Source: an uncultured Phycisphaerales bacterium
Lineage (GTDB): Bacteria > Planctomycetota > Phycisphaerae > Tepidisphaerales > Tepidisphaeraceae
Assembly: GCA_963755915.1 (NCBI GenBank)
Contig: CAVWLP010000003.1
Span: 1,440,001-1,504,000, forward strand
Reading direction: 5' to 3'
DNA length: 64,000 nucleotides
Both the position numbers and the translations under genes were made by a program. The notes beneath the pieces are model-generated. The model was not told where the DNA came from. It made no database searches and saw only the letters and a list, made by a program, of their open reading frames with translations. How positions within the stretch are numbered: position 1 is the stretch's first letter; every line of letters starts with the position of its first letter. Below, piece by piece: positions 52,185 to 62,768 of the stretch.

Positions 52185-53180
52185 TTACCAGTCCAAGATC
52201 ACTCCGAGCACGGATGGATCGTGGCTTTCAATTAATCGCCACGCGTCGGCGGCCCTCGCTACTGGAAAGTGGTGCGTAATCAGAGGCAACGTCTGCAATT
52301 CGCCGTTGCTGATTTTCGCTATCGTGGAATCCATGCGTGGCCGGGTCATTCCCGAGACCGAGTCGAGCGACAATTCCCTATCTCTGAGCGCCTGGAGCGA
52401 AATCTGGTCATCGGTGCCACAGAAGCCCGCCGAAACAATGTGGCCGCCGCGCCTCAGCATTCCGATAAGGGATTGCGTAATTTGCGGCGAGCCTACCGTA
52501 TCGACACCCAGGGCAAGTGCACCATTGGTGAGACTTCGAACCATCGACGGCCAATCAGCTTCAGCCGAATTGACAACGTGACACCCTGTCAGAAGCTTCG
52601 CCAACTCCAAACGCTGTTTGCGCCGGCCTACGACAATCACCGGGCATCGTCGAGCCGCAAGCGTCTGTGCCGTCCACTGGCCCACCTGTCCATCCCCAAT
52701 GACTACGGACCAATCTTCCGGATTGATGGGAGCGCGAGAGCCGCAGTTGTAACCGACCTGCGTTAACACCAGGCCGGCGTATGCCAACGGCTTAGGACTT
52801 CGCGGTAATTTCCAAATCAATTCGCGCGGAGTAACGGACGGCGAGACGTGTCCGCCTTCCGCCTTGAACATATTCGACACCCGCCCGGCGATGCAGAAGA
52901 CCGTTTCACCAACCGCTAAGTCCTTAATCTGGCTGCCAACCGATTCAACAATGCCGACCTTCTGATAGCCTGCGACAATGGGAAACGGAGTTGGATCGCC
53001 CGGTCGATACGCAGTGTCGCCTTCAATTCGCTCTCCGCGTAAGAACGAACCCTCGGTTCCATTGCTGATCCACGAGTGCGTAATTCGAACGACCGCGTCA
53101 TTGGGACCGGGGTCAGGGCATGTGACGCTGCGGAAATCAACGATGTTGCGCTCGGTGAATATGACGGCATTTGCAATCAT
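52185..53180 (-). CDS. zinc-binding (MDR) dehydrogenase, ISxGTE subtype
   Basis: SWISNGTE, FP..AGY..VG.V..VG, VIGDGQVG, LITH.FP. Confidence 0.85.
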   Translation of the reverse strand: MIANAVIFTERNIVDFRSVTCPDPGPNDAVVRITHSWISNGTEGSFLRGERIEGDTAYRPGDPTPFPIVAGYQKVGIVESVGSQIKDLAVGETVFCIAGRVSNMFKAEGGHVSPSVTPRELIWKLPRSPKPLAYAGLVLTQVGYNCGSRAPINPEDWSVVIGDGQVGQWTAQTLAARRCPVIVVGRRKQRLELAKLLTGCHVVNSAEADWPSMVRSLTNGALALGVDTVGSPQITQSLIGMLRRGGHIVSAGFCGTDDQISLQALRDRELSLDSVSGMTRPRMDSTIAKISNGELQTLPLITHHFPVARAADAWRLIESHDPSVLGVILDW

Positions 53181-53191
53181 TGCCGTAGCCT

Positions 53192-53971
53192 TTACCGTTT
53201 CGGGGCGGACATGAACCGACGTACTTGTTCTAAATCCTTTTTGGTTTCGGCCTCATCATCGCCAAACGTTTCGACCATAACCCACCCGTCGTATCCGATG
53301 GATCGAATGGCCTTCATTGCTGATTCCAAATCCAGCCGTCCTTTGCCTAGATGTAGCGACCCGATCTTGTCGGCGGAATCCTTAACATGGAGCGCGACGA
53401 TCCGCGAAGCGAGAAGCCTGACTTCCTTGGCCGGATCGAATCCCAGCGCGACCGCATTGCCGAAGTCGTAATATATTCCGAAGGTGTCCGAGTCCAGGCC
53501 GTCAACCAGCATGGCGAATTCAGCCGCAGGAAGAGGAAGTTCGAGCCCGATGGTGATTCCAAGCTCTCGTGCCAGCGGCTCGACTGCCTTCGAAACCGCT
53601 ACGAGATTCTTCTGTTTTTGCGGGGTATCTGGATTCGACACAATGTATCCGCAGAGCAGCATCACGTCCGCCCCGACCGCACGCGTGAATTTCATCGCGC
53701 GATTGATGATTTGAATGGCCTTGTCTTTGCCATTTTTCTCGATCAACGACGAATCGTTGTTGAATAGCCCCAAAGCGACCGAGGGTATCTGTACGCCAAG
53801 CCGATTCGCATTCGAGGCAAAGTGGTCAACCTGGTCTGAGGACCAATTCAGGAATTCAGAGGCCTCATCGCCGATGAATGGTTCCACGCCGGCAACTTTG
53901 AACTTCGCGGCGGCTTCGACAAAATTCTTGCCGTCCGCGCTGGCCGCATATTGAGTAAGTCCCAGTTTCAC
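53192..53971 (-). CDS. sugar phosphate isomerase/epimerase (AP endonuclease 2 fold, hexulose-epimerase-like)
   Basis: IGLE, YYDFGN, LHVKD, LG.G.LD, GYDGWVMVET. Confidence 0.88.
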   Translation of the reverse strand: MKLGLTQYAASADGKNFVEAAAKFKVAGVEPFIGDEASEFLNWSSDQVDHFASNANRLGVQIPSVALGLFNNDSSLIEKNGKDKAIQIINRAMKFTRAVGADVMLLCGYIVSNPDTPQKQKNLVAVSKAVEPLARELGITIGLELPLPAAEFAMLVDGLDSDTFGIYYDFGNAVALGFDPAKEVRLLASRIVALHVKDSADKIGSLHLGKGRLDLESAMKAIRSIGYDGWVMVETFGDDEAETKKDLEQVRRFMSAPKR

Positions 53972-53981
53972 AAACGATTCC

Positions 53982-55231
53982 TCATGCGAGACTTTTGGCG
54001 TGTTGGGGTTTGCGGGTGCGGACGGTGGCGGCCATGGCGTCGTCGCAAATGTTCAACGCCTCGTCGATGTCCGCCTCGGTGTGCGAATAGTTCACGAAGC
54101 TCACGTGCCAGGGCACGAAGAACAGGCCGCGTTTGATGCACTCCTCGAAGAACTGCTTGTGGACCGGATGGTCCGAGCGGTTCCCCTCATGGGGATGCCA
54201 GGTAAACCGCGGCATTGACGCCACCGGGTCGGCGTAGGCCTGGGCTTCCTCCATGCCCCGGTCGTGGCAGATCCGTTTCAGCCCGTCGATCAGCCGCTGG
54301 CCCATTTTGTACAAGTGATGAACAACATTCTTCTCCCTGATTTCCCGAAGCGTCGCGATCGCCGCGGCGATCGCCAACGCCTCCACGAAAAACGTTCCCG
54401 ACGTCGGCGTTTCGACCCATCGCTCCATATACTTCGCCTTGCCCACCACCGCCGAGATTGGGTATCCGTTGCCCAGCGCCTTGGAGAGCGTGGTGAGGTC
54501 CGGCGTCACGCCGAGATATTCCTGCGCCCCGCCGGGCGCCACCCGGAAGCCGGTTTTGATCTCGTCGAAAATCACCAGCGCCCCGTGCCGATGCGCCGTC
54601 TCGACGATGGCCTGATAGTTCTCCGCGGTGAAGGGGCGCGTATCCGCCGGGCAGAGAATGACCGCCGCGAATTCCTGTTTGGTGGTTTCGAAGAGGCGTT
54701 TCAGGTCTTCGGCGCTGCCGTCGAACGGGAGCACGACTTCCCAGGCGGCCTGGTGGGTACCGCCGCGCTCGCCGTTACGCCACAGGTCTGCCCAGCCGTG
54801 ATAACCGCAGCGTGCGATGTAGGTACGGTTGGTGATGTGGCGGGCGATCCGCGCCGCCGCCACCGTTGCCTCCGTGCCCGTTTTCAGATAGCGAACGCGC
54901 TCGGCGCTGGGGACCATCTCCACCAGCAGCCTGGCCAGTTCGACCTGGTTGGGGTGGTTCGTCGACGATTGGAACGAATCCCGGATGGTGGCGATCGCCG
55001 CCTCATCCACGCGTGGATACGCATAGCCCAGGATGATCGGACCGATACTGCACAGCAGGTCCACGAACTCGTTTCCGTCCACATCCCACATCCGGCAACC
55101 CCTGGCCCGCGCAAATAAATGGGGAAGTCGGCATAGAGCGGCGAGCGCGTTCCCATCGTCCCGCCGGCGAAATACTTCTGGGCCTCGCGGTAGATCTCGC
55201 TGGAGCGTTTGAACTGAAAGTTCGGCATCAT
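53982..55231 (-). CDS. class III aminotransferase, GSA-aminomutase-like (frameshift ~55110)
   Basis: WDVDGNEFVD, ILGY, KTGTEA, GYHGW, LVIFDEIKTGFR, PDLTTLSKALGNGYP. Confidence 0.9.
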
Positions 55232-55241
55232 TACGTCACTT

Positions 55242-55280
55242 GTCCCGATTTGTACCTATTTGAATCACAATGTACCAATT
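55242..55280 (-). promoter_or_regulatory. four 10-bp-phased half-sites directly upstream of the aminotransferase operon
   Basis: Reverse complement AATTGGTACATTGTGATTCAAATAGGTACAAATCGGGAC, same spacing as copies A and B. Confidence 0.7.
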
Positions 55281-55436
55281 CTAAACCATCTCCTCCGCTT
55301 CCGCAAGGGAATTAAGGAGGCGCACCGAATGGGGTAAGTGTCACAGGCGTTTGTTTTTGGCATGCATAATTTGGATGGGGAATCATAAATTGCGTTGCGG
55401 CACGCATGCTTTTGCCGCCACGAACGGCCGCCCACG

Positions 55437-56189
55437 CTACCGACCTGGGTGCAACACAGCCTCGTCGCGCCACGGCATAATGGATTTCTCCATCGCCTGC
55501 GTTTCGATCGCCAATCCGGAACAATTGGAAGCTAAAACTTCGAAAATTCTGTTGGCAACGACTCTGTGGCCGAGGTCATTTGAATGCACGCCATCGTGAT
55601 GCACCATCCAGTCGGCGCCACCCATCGCGGATAGCAGATCGACAAACAGACAGTCCAACTTTTCGGCCAATTGGCGAGTTGCGTCGTTGTATTGCCGCGA
55701 TTGCTCGTGCGATCCCTTGCCGCCATTCGGACCTCCAACGGTGAAATCGGCGACGTGATACGGTCCGATGAGCACGATCAATGGCTTGAATCGCGATCGA
55801 ATCCGGCCCACGATCTTTTCCATCTCCTCGCAAAACATGGAAACTGGAACGGAAAAGCTCGCCTCATTCAAGCCATAGGCAATTAGCATCAGATCGGGCA
55901 CAATTGGATTTCCATTAGCCGAATTGGAAAGCACGTGTTCCTCAAGCCGCTCATCGAGCGCCGGCTTTTGACTGAATTTGTAGCCGGGAAATTTGCTCGA
56001 AATAATGTTGGCGCCGATTCCGACGTTGACCAATTGCACAGGATTTCGCTGCAACTCGCCGATCATTTCGGCCAAAAGGTTCGTCCAACGGCGTTCGCGG
56101 CAACTGGCCCATCCCCCGGCTGTAATGCTGTCGCCAACCGCCATCATCACCTTGAATTCTTTGTTCCACCAATCGCGTTTTTGCGGCAT
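55437..56189 (-). CDS. SGNH/GDSL hydrolase (esterase)
   Basis: GDSITAG, NVGIGAN, YGLNE, DGVHSNDLGH. Confidence 0.88.
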   Translation of the reverse strand: MPQKRDWWNKEFKVMMAVGDSITAGGWASCRERRWTNLLAEMIGELQRNPVQLVNVGIGANIISSKFPGYKFSQKPALDERLEEHVLSNSANGNPIVPDLMLIAYGLNEASFSVPVSMFCEEMEKIVGRIRSRFKPLIVLIGPYHVADFTVGGPNGGKGSHEQSRQYNDATRQLAEKLDCLFVDLLSAMGGADWMVHHDGVHSNDLGHRVVANRIFEVLASNCSGLAIETQAMEKSIMPWRDEAVLHPGR

Positions 56190-56294
56190 ATCTAATCCTC
56201 TTCAGACCCCGCGGATCAGCCTACGCTATGCGCCATCGACAGTCGATAGGGATTTTGGGGGATTACAGAGCGAAATTGAAAATCACTAAACCGA

Positions 56295-56950
56295 CTACTC
56301 ACGAAGTTCCCGGCTGCCGGTTATTCTAAGGGGCCGCGAGTATTTGTGACTTCGGGAAGTCTCCGAGTCCACCGTCGGAATTGATTCGACCTTCAATGCC
56401 GTGAGGCGCCGCTCCTTTTCGGTCAGGATATGGTGCGCGATCACACTTTCCAGGATTTGAGGGTCGCGAAGGGCCAACACTTCGACGATTTGGCGATGTC
56501 CGAATTCCGTCGCTTCGAATTCGAGGCAAAACGATTTGACAGCATAGTCTACGTTGAAAATGCGCTCGAGCAATTTCCTTCGGCGAAAGATTCGCCTAAT
56601 CAAGCGATTGTCGCTCATTTCAATTATATGTTGATGAAACGCGATGCTGCCAAGATCGACTGCGCGGTTGTCGTGCCGCTGAGCGGCGCGTTCCCGTTGG
56701 CCACACAATTGACGCAGCTGCTTAAGACTTGCCTTGGTAACGTGCGCGACGCATTTCTCGAAGTGGCGGCTTCCAGGCACGACCAAACATCCCATAGATC
56801 TGCGAGGTCTTTAAGGCCGGGCTTCCGCATCGGACTGTTCGCGTTCACTGCGAAACCATCAGAGATCATCAATATGTTCGCTGCCATACCAAGGCGCTCC
56901 CGACGCGTGGTTCAACCGGAGCAGGGTTGGCAAGCACAAAGTGCCCGTAT
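56295..56950 (-). pseudogene. degenerate GntR/FadR-family regulator (FCD domain; HTH eroded)
   Basis: LKDLADLWDV.SCLEA, AFHQHIIEMSDNRLI, GH..IVE.L..RD...E..I..HI; upstream ERLGM remnant out of frame. Confidence 0.55.
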
Positions 56951-57260
56951 TTACTAGTTTGGACAACATAGCGTAATGGTTTGATGTTGTCAATATTAGA
57001 CTTTCACGCGAAACGGCGCGCTGTGCGTCGGCGTCAATTTCGTGAATTGGTGCGGAAGTTCTCGCGATATTTCGTAAAAGCAGCGGCACCGATGGCCGTG
57101 AGAAATAGACATGTATGAATCGCCTGATCATTTCCGAACCTGATATGGTTCAAAGTGATACACACTCAGGGATTCCAAGATATTTAATGCCTTTCACTAT
57201 CCCGACAGGCGCGAAAGCGGCCGGTTATCGCCGCGGGAATGCGCGCCTCCAGCATGCGAT

Positions 57261-58166
57261 TCAGAGGCCTTTCGATCTCGAGACGCCGGGCCAATGCTTT
57301 TTGATTTTATCGCGCAAAAACTCGGCGCTTCGCCGCAATTGTGGCAAGCCATCCATGCCATCTTCGATGCTGATCCAACCGTCGAACCCAACACTCGAAA
57401 GCTGAACGAAAATCGCGTCGTAATCGTTCAACCCTTTGCCGATTTCACCATGTTCGAGAAGTTGCGCGTAACCGAGCGCGTTTTCCTTTGAGCGCAACTC
57501 GGCAAGCGTTCCGCGCGCCAGATAGCGATCGCTCGCGTGCATGGTCACGACACGTCGCTTTATGCGTTCGAGCAGGATCAGCGGATCTTCGCCGGCAAGC
57601 AGCGTGTTACTCGGATCGAAATTTACGCCGAAGGCGGGCGAATCGATTCGATCAACCAGTTCGCAGAACACGTCCATATGCTGAGCAAACTCAGGAAACT
57701 GCCAATAGTTATCTTTGTAGTGATTCTCGAGATTGAGAATGATCCCCCGCTCCGCAGCGTAGGGCAGGCAGGCTTGAATGCATTCAACGGCGTATTGGAT
57801 TCCGTCCTCTCGAGTCAACTCGGGCCGGCGCTGTCCCGCAAGAACCCTGCAAAATGCCGCGCCCAGCGAAACAGCCATGTCTATTCGCCGTTTCTGCGCC
57901 TCGATCTCGCGTTTGCGAAACACTGGATCTGGATGCGTAAAATCAGGCGAACAACAAAGCATGGGGATTTGCAGCCCGTGGTCTTGCGCGGTTCTGCGCG
58001 ACTCATCCCATTGACGCGGACGCTGAAGGCCCAGAAATCCGGCATAAAATTCAAGGCCATCGACGCCGAGGGTCGCGGCCATTTCAATCCATTGCCGAAG
58101 GGACATGTCTCCGTGGACACACAGGTTGTCCATGAAACATTTTGGAAAGGCCGCTAGGTTCGGCAT
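57261..58166 (-). CDS. sugar phosphate isomerase/epimerase (TIM barrel)
   Basis: LNLENHYKD, VNFDPSN, MHASDR, G.G.NDYD, GFDGWISIEDG. Confidence 0.88.
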   Translation of the reverse strand: MPNLAAFPKCFMDNLCVHGDMSLRQWIEMAATLGVDGLEFYAGFLGLQRPRQWDESRRTAQDHGLQIPMLCCSPDFTHPDPVFRKREIEAQKRRIDMAVSLGAAFCRVLAGQRRPELTREDGIQYAVECIQACLPYAAERGIILNLENHYKDNYWQFPEFAQHMDVFCELVDRIDSPAFGVNFDPSNTLLAGEDPLILLERIKRRVVTMHASDRYLARGTLAELRSKENALGYAQLLEHGEIGKGLNDYDAIFVQLSSVGFDGWISIEDGMDGLPQLRRSAEFLRDKIKKHWPGVSRSKGL

Positions 58167-58170
58167 CGTC

Positions 58171-59532
58171 TCACCTCGCCGCGAGCTCATCGCGGAGACA
58201 ACGGACAAAGACATCCAGCATCTCATCCGCCTGCGCCACCGTCATGATGAGAGGCGGCGCGAAGGCAATCCAATTGGGATCGCAGCGCAGCAGCAGCCCG
58301 GCGTCGCGCATCCGCTCCTCCAACCGCTTTCCGAATCGGCGTGCCGCGGGGAATGATGCTTTCGTTTTCATGTCTTGAACGAATTCGACGCATGACAAGG
58401 CACCAACTCCGCGTACTTCTCCGAGCACTCCAAGTCTTTCCACTTCAACCCGCAGTCTGCGACGAATATGGTCCCCAACCTTCGTCCCCTGGGAGATCAA
58501 GCCGCCTCGCTCTATCACATCGATGACAGCATGTCCCGCAGCCGCGGAAATTGGATTTGCGCCGAAGGTGTGGCCATGTGAAAACCCCGGATTTTCGCTT
58601 TCATCACCCCAGAACGCTTCATTGTAGAGGTCATCGCGGACAACCATCGCTGAAACTGGAGCGTAACCGCTAGCCATTCCTTTCCCGCAGCACAGGATGT
58701 CCGGCGTAACGCCGAATGTCTGAGCCGCAAACCACTCTCCGGTGCGGCCCATACCGGTGATGATTTCGTCAAAAATTAAAATCACGTTATGCGCGGAACA
58801 AATCTCTCGAACCTGCCGAAGATATTTCGAAGGCGGCACGATGATGCCGCCCGTGTTGCTGATCGGCTCAACGATAAATGCAGAAACCGTGTCCGGACCT
58901 TCCGCGCGAATTGCGTAGTCGAGAATTGACGCGCTAATTTCCGCATAAGTTGCGCCATCGATTGGGTACGGCGGCTTGAAACAGTTAGGCGGCGGGACTT
59001 GCAGAAAGCCGCTCAAGAAGGGAGCGAAAGGTTGTTTTCTCGGCCATCCCAGGCCCGTCGCGGACAGTGCGCCCATGGTTGAACCGTGAAAGCCGGTATA
59101 GTTCCCGATAACCTTATATTTGCTGGGATTCCCGCTGTTTACATGATACTGACGGGCAAATTTGATAGCGGATTCCGTTGCTTCTGATCCACCGGTCAGG
59201 AGTTTTACCGTTCCCAGTCCGCGGGGCATGATTCGCGCGAGCTTCGCGGCGTATCGAATCGCTGTGTCGGTGACGGAGTGCAATGGGCCGGCGAACGAAA
59301 TCTTCTCTTGTTGACGCCGAATTGCCGCGATAACTTCAGGGTTACCGTGACCGATGTTGGTTACATAGATGCCGGAAACCCCTTCGATATAGCGTTTTCC
59401 TTCGGTGTCGTAGCTGTAAATTCCTTCACCGCGAGTGATAACAAGCGGGCGCTCGCAGAAATTCTTCATCTGGCGAAGGTCGAGCATCAAATGCCGGAGG
59501 TCATCTTGAAGTGTTTCCTGATCGCTAAGCAT
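58171..59532 (-). CDS. class III aminotransferase (BioA/omega-amino-acid transaminase-like)
   Basis: GEGIY..D.EG..Y, NIGHG, GGSEA.E.A.KFA, FHGST, FDEIITGMGRTG, PDI...GKG, HGHTF. Confidence 0.92.
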   Translation of the reverse strand: MLSDQETLQDDLRHLMLDLRQMKNFCERPLVITRGEGIYSYDTEGKRYIEGVSGIYVTNIGHGNPEVIAAIRRQQEKISFAGPLHSVTDTAIRYAAKLARIMPRGLGTVKLLTGGSEATESAIKFARQYHVNSGNPSKYKVIGNYTGFHGSTMGALSATGLGWPRKQPFAPFLSGFLQVPPPNCFKPPYPIDGATYAEISASILDYAIRAEGPDTVSAFIVEPISNTGGIIVPPSKYLRQVREICSAHNVILIFDEIITGMGRTGEWFAAQTFGVTPDILCCGKGMASGYAPVSAMVVRDDLYNEAFWGDESENPGFSHGHTFGANPISAAAGHAVIDVIERGGLISQGTKVGDHIRRRLRVEVERLGVLGEVRGVGALSCVEFVQDMKTKASFPAARRFGKRLEERMRDAGLLLRCDPNWIAFAPPLIMTVAQADEMLDVFVRCLRDELAAR

Positions 59533-60528
59533 ATGCCGCTCCTTTAAGGTCCGTGCAATGCCTCAACACGTCGCGATTGACGACATTGATTGGGACAATT
59601 CCATTCAGATACAAAAGGATGTCGTCCACTACACAATTGAGCACCTTCGCAAAAGTGCCTCGCGTATCGCTGCCGATGTGAGGGGTTATTATTACGTTCT
59701 TCAACTTCAAGAGCGGATGATCGGCCGGCGGGGGTTCGCGTTCCATGACATCAAGCGCCGCGCCACGAAGCTTTCCGCTGCTCAAGGCGGTCACAAGGCG
59801 CCTTCGTCAATCAAAGCCCCGCGCGAGGTGTTGATAAGATAAGCCCCGTGCTTCATTCGCCTGAATTCTTCCGTACCCACGATTCCGCGATTCTGATCGT
59901 TTAGTCGGATGTGAATCGACAAAATATCTGAGCGCGCCAGCAACTCGTCCCGGCTGACCAATTGCACGCCGTAATTTTGCATCGCGGATTTGTCGGCATG
60001 AAGTGAAAAGCCCAGAACCTTCATGTTGAAGGCTGCGGCCCGCCGAGCCACAGCTTGCGCCACGTGGCCAAATCCATATAGACCCAGAATGTTTTCCGAA
60101 ATATCTGTACGGACATACCGGGCGCGATCAGCCCATAGCCCATCGTGGACGCTGATATCGGCAGTCACAATTCCGCGCAGCAATGCGAGCATCAGCCCGA
60201 ACGCAAAATCGGCACACGCTTCGTGAACAACCGGGGCGTTGGTAACGATCACGCGATGCTTGGTGGCGGCGCCGAGATCGATGTGATCCGTGCCCGTGCC
60301 GTCGCAGCAGACCAAGCGCAACTTGGGCAACGCGGTAAACGTGGCGTCGTCGAAACATTCGCCGGAGACGATTGCAATCGCGCTGCCCTGAAGCGCTTTT
60401 TGCAATGTTTGCTGGCTAAACGGTTCAATTCTCACACGGCGAACTGTCGCGCTTTCGGACAATCGCGATAGGGGCTCATCGATTACGGCGGGGTCATAAT
60501 AACTTATGACCGCAACATCTGGCTTCAT
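59525..60528 (-). CDS. D-isomer-specific 2-hydroxyacid dehydrogenase (frameshift ~59800)
   Basis: GTDHID, GLYGFGHVA, LINTSRGALIDE, GAALDV..EP, TPHIG. Confidence 0.92.
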
Positions 60529-60536
60529 AGTCGCCT

Positions 60537-61373
60537 TTATGCCAGGCCAAGCAGTTTCAGCGAGTCTCGGTTGATAAGTTCCTCGATGCGACCCGCATCG
60601 ATTCTTGCCATGCCTGTGCCCTCAACGAGCATGTTCAGACTCCGCAGGGTTTCCTGAACTTCCGCGGCCGTTCGAAACGGAAAGTCGGTTCCGAACAGGA
60701 GCTTGTCCATTACCGCGAATTCTTGGAACAATGAAAGCGCTTGATACAGCCATGTGCGGTGCAACCCCGGCGATATATCCGCGAAAACGTTCTTATGCTT
60801 GCGCACCATCACCATCGCATCCGTAAACCAGGGCAAACCAATGTGCGCGAGTATGATCTTGAGATTGGGGAATTCGCGGGCGACGCCGTCGTAGGCCAGA
60901 GGATTGGCCCATTCCATTCGAGTCGTGGGAATCGAATGAAACGCCGCATGCGTGAGAATCGGTAAACCCAGTTTTTCGGCGCGAGCGTGCACTTTTCGCG
61001 CTTTCTCATCACAGGGATGATAGTCCTGGTACACGGGGCTCATCTTAATTCCGCGCAGGCCCAGGGCGTGGGCCCTGTTCAGTTCCTCGATCGCGTCTTT
61101 TTGATTTGGGTCGATCGACATGAATCCAATGATTTTTCCGGGATGCGCTCTGGCGTAGGCGGCGATTGCGTCGTTGGGCGTGCTCATTTTTAGCGCGAGC
61201 GAGTTGATTCCAAAGACAATCGCCCTATCGACCCCCTCCATGCCGCGCCAATGTCTCTCCGGCGTCACATGCAGATCGATACCGAATTTTGCGTTGGTCC
61301 TTCCGAATGCTTCGAGAAAGATCGGTCCCCATTGCTCGATGGTAGACAGGTGGGTGTGTACATCCACGATCAT
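60537..61373 (-). CDS. amidohydrolase family 2 protein
   Basis: IVDVHTH, GLRGIK..P.YQ, LPILTH, ILAHIG.PW, LLFGTDFP. Confidence 0.9.
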   Translation of the reverse strand: MIVDVHTHLSTIEQWGPIFLEAFGRTNAKFGIDLHVTPERHWRGMEGVDRAIVFGINSLALKMSTPNDAIAAYARAHPGKIIGFMSIDPNQKDAIEELNRAHALGLRGIKMSPVYQDYHPCDEKARKVHARAEKLGLPILTHAAFHSIPTTRMEWANPLAYDGVAREFPNLKIILAHIGLPWFTDAMVMVRKHKNVFADISPGLHRTWLYQALSLFQEFAVMDKLLFGTDFPFRTAAEVQETLRSLNMLVEGTGMARIDAGRIEELINRDSLKLLGLA

Positions 61374-61411
61374 GGTTACCTCAACCAACGGTAGCTGACA
61401 TCGCGGGCGAC

Positions 61412-61440
61412 AAGATACGCTAATGGTCCATTCTTGTCAA
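61412..61440 (-). promoter_or_regulatory. sigma-70 promoter of the amidohydrolase-dehydrogenase-aminotransferase-isomerase operon
   Basis: Reverse complement TTGACA-17 bp-TATCTT; spacer contains the palindrome AATGGTCCATT. Confidence 0.7.
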
Positions 61441-61638
61441 TGATTCAGTCACCCGGACTCATTCGGAAGCGATGCATCGGTTCCAACTGCATTTTATGGC
61501 TAAAAATAGGCAAATTCGGTTTAATTGTCGATTGATCCATGAAATCGTGGGAAGAAAGCAGTTCGTAATGCAAAGGGGAATTAAGACCGATTGGTATACA
61601 CTGGTTAATTAAAAGTTTTAGGGCGTCCTCAATGATCT

Positions 61639-62739
61639 CTATATCATGCTTCGAGGAAATCGCACCAGGTTTTGTACACCGGTTGGAGTGACAAGATACT
61701 GATCTTCGATACGGATGCCGCCCCCCAGATCATCTCCGTAAACGCCTGGTTCGACTGCGACCACTTCTCCCGGCATGAGCACGTCGTCCCACTTCGGATT
61801 TAGATGCGGAAATTCATGAGCCTGAAGTCCCACGCCATGCCCTAGATGGTGGGGAAGCGGTCTTCCCAAGCTCTTGGACAAATGGTCGTTCACTGCGGCG
61901 AATAAGTCGCAACACCGGGCGCCGGGCTTCGCCAAACGCTCGAAAATATCGAAGCAGGACAGAATGGATTGATAGGCTCGCTCCTGAGCTTGTGTGGGCT
62001 TGCCATCGACCGCAAAACTTCGCGAATTGTCAGCAAAATAACCGCGATACGATGGACCGAGATCGAGGATGTAAACCTGACCAGCCTGGGCAGTGCGGCC
62101 CGCGCGGGGCGGTCCACCATTCGCGTCGCATGCAAAATCATTTCCGAGCAGATCCGTCAGCGGCTCATTTGCCTTTTCAACCGCCGCACGCTGGAGTTCG
62201 ACGAATACCGCCACCTCCTCGATCCCTGGTTCGATGATTTCCCGCGCACGTTTATACATAGCATCCGTAAGCTCGATTGCGGCCTTCATAATCGCCAATT
62301 CGTCAGCGTCCTTGCAGCGGCGCATTTGCCAGATTTCCTCATCGATGAGGTCCGCGTTTTCTCCAAATCGTCTGGCTAAGTGCAAAGAAACAGGCGACGT
62401 GTCGAGGCCAAGCCGGCGAGTTTTGCGCGGAGCGAGCCAAGACAGTACGCTTTCCGCGACGGCCATCGGCTGTTCCTGGCGGAGCGTCGCCATCCACTGT
62501 GCCTCGTACGCGACGCTTCCGTCGATGGCCATAGTCTTGGCTGGTTCATTGGGCGAGATCAGGCAGGAACGGCCGTCGGCAGTTAGAGCAACGGCGGCGT
62601 AATGGAGCGAGTGTGGATAGAAGGTTGAGAAATAATAGACATGCCGGGGCAGTCCGACGACAAGCGCGTCTAGCTTGCGCTTTTCCATAACTGCCAGAAG
62701 ACGCTCTTGCCGTGCGCGCGACAAACGTGGATCAAGCAT
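61639..62739 (-). CDS. M24 Xaa-Pro peptidase/creatinase family
   Basis: R..KD.DEL, LDLG..Y.GYFADNSR, HHLGHGVGL..HE.P, VEPGVY, GIRIED. Confidence 0.92.
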   Translation of the reverse strand: MLDPRLSRARQERLLAVMEKRKLDALVVGLPRHVYYFSTFYPHSLHYAAVALTADGRSCLISPNEPAKTMAIDGSVAYEAQWMATLRQEQPMAVAESVLSWLAPRKTRRLGLDTSPVSLHLARRFGENADLIDEEIWQMRRCKDADELAIMKAAIELTDAMYKRAREIIEPGIEEVAVFVELQRAAVEKANEPLTDLLGNDFACDANGGPPRAGRTAQAGQVYILDLGPSYRGYFADNSRSFAVDGKPTQAQERAYQSILSCFDIFERLAKPGARCCDLFAAVNDHLSKSLGRPLPHHLGHGVGLQAHEFPHLNPKWDDVLMPGEVVAVEPGVYGDDLGGGIRIEDQYLVTPTGVQNLVRFPRSMI

Positions 62740-62768
62740 TGCGGCTCCAAATATCAGGGCTGACACAT

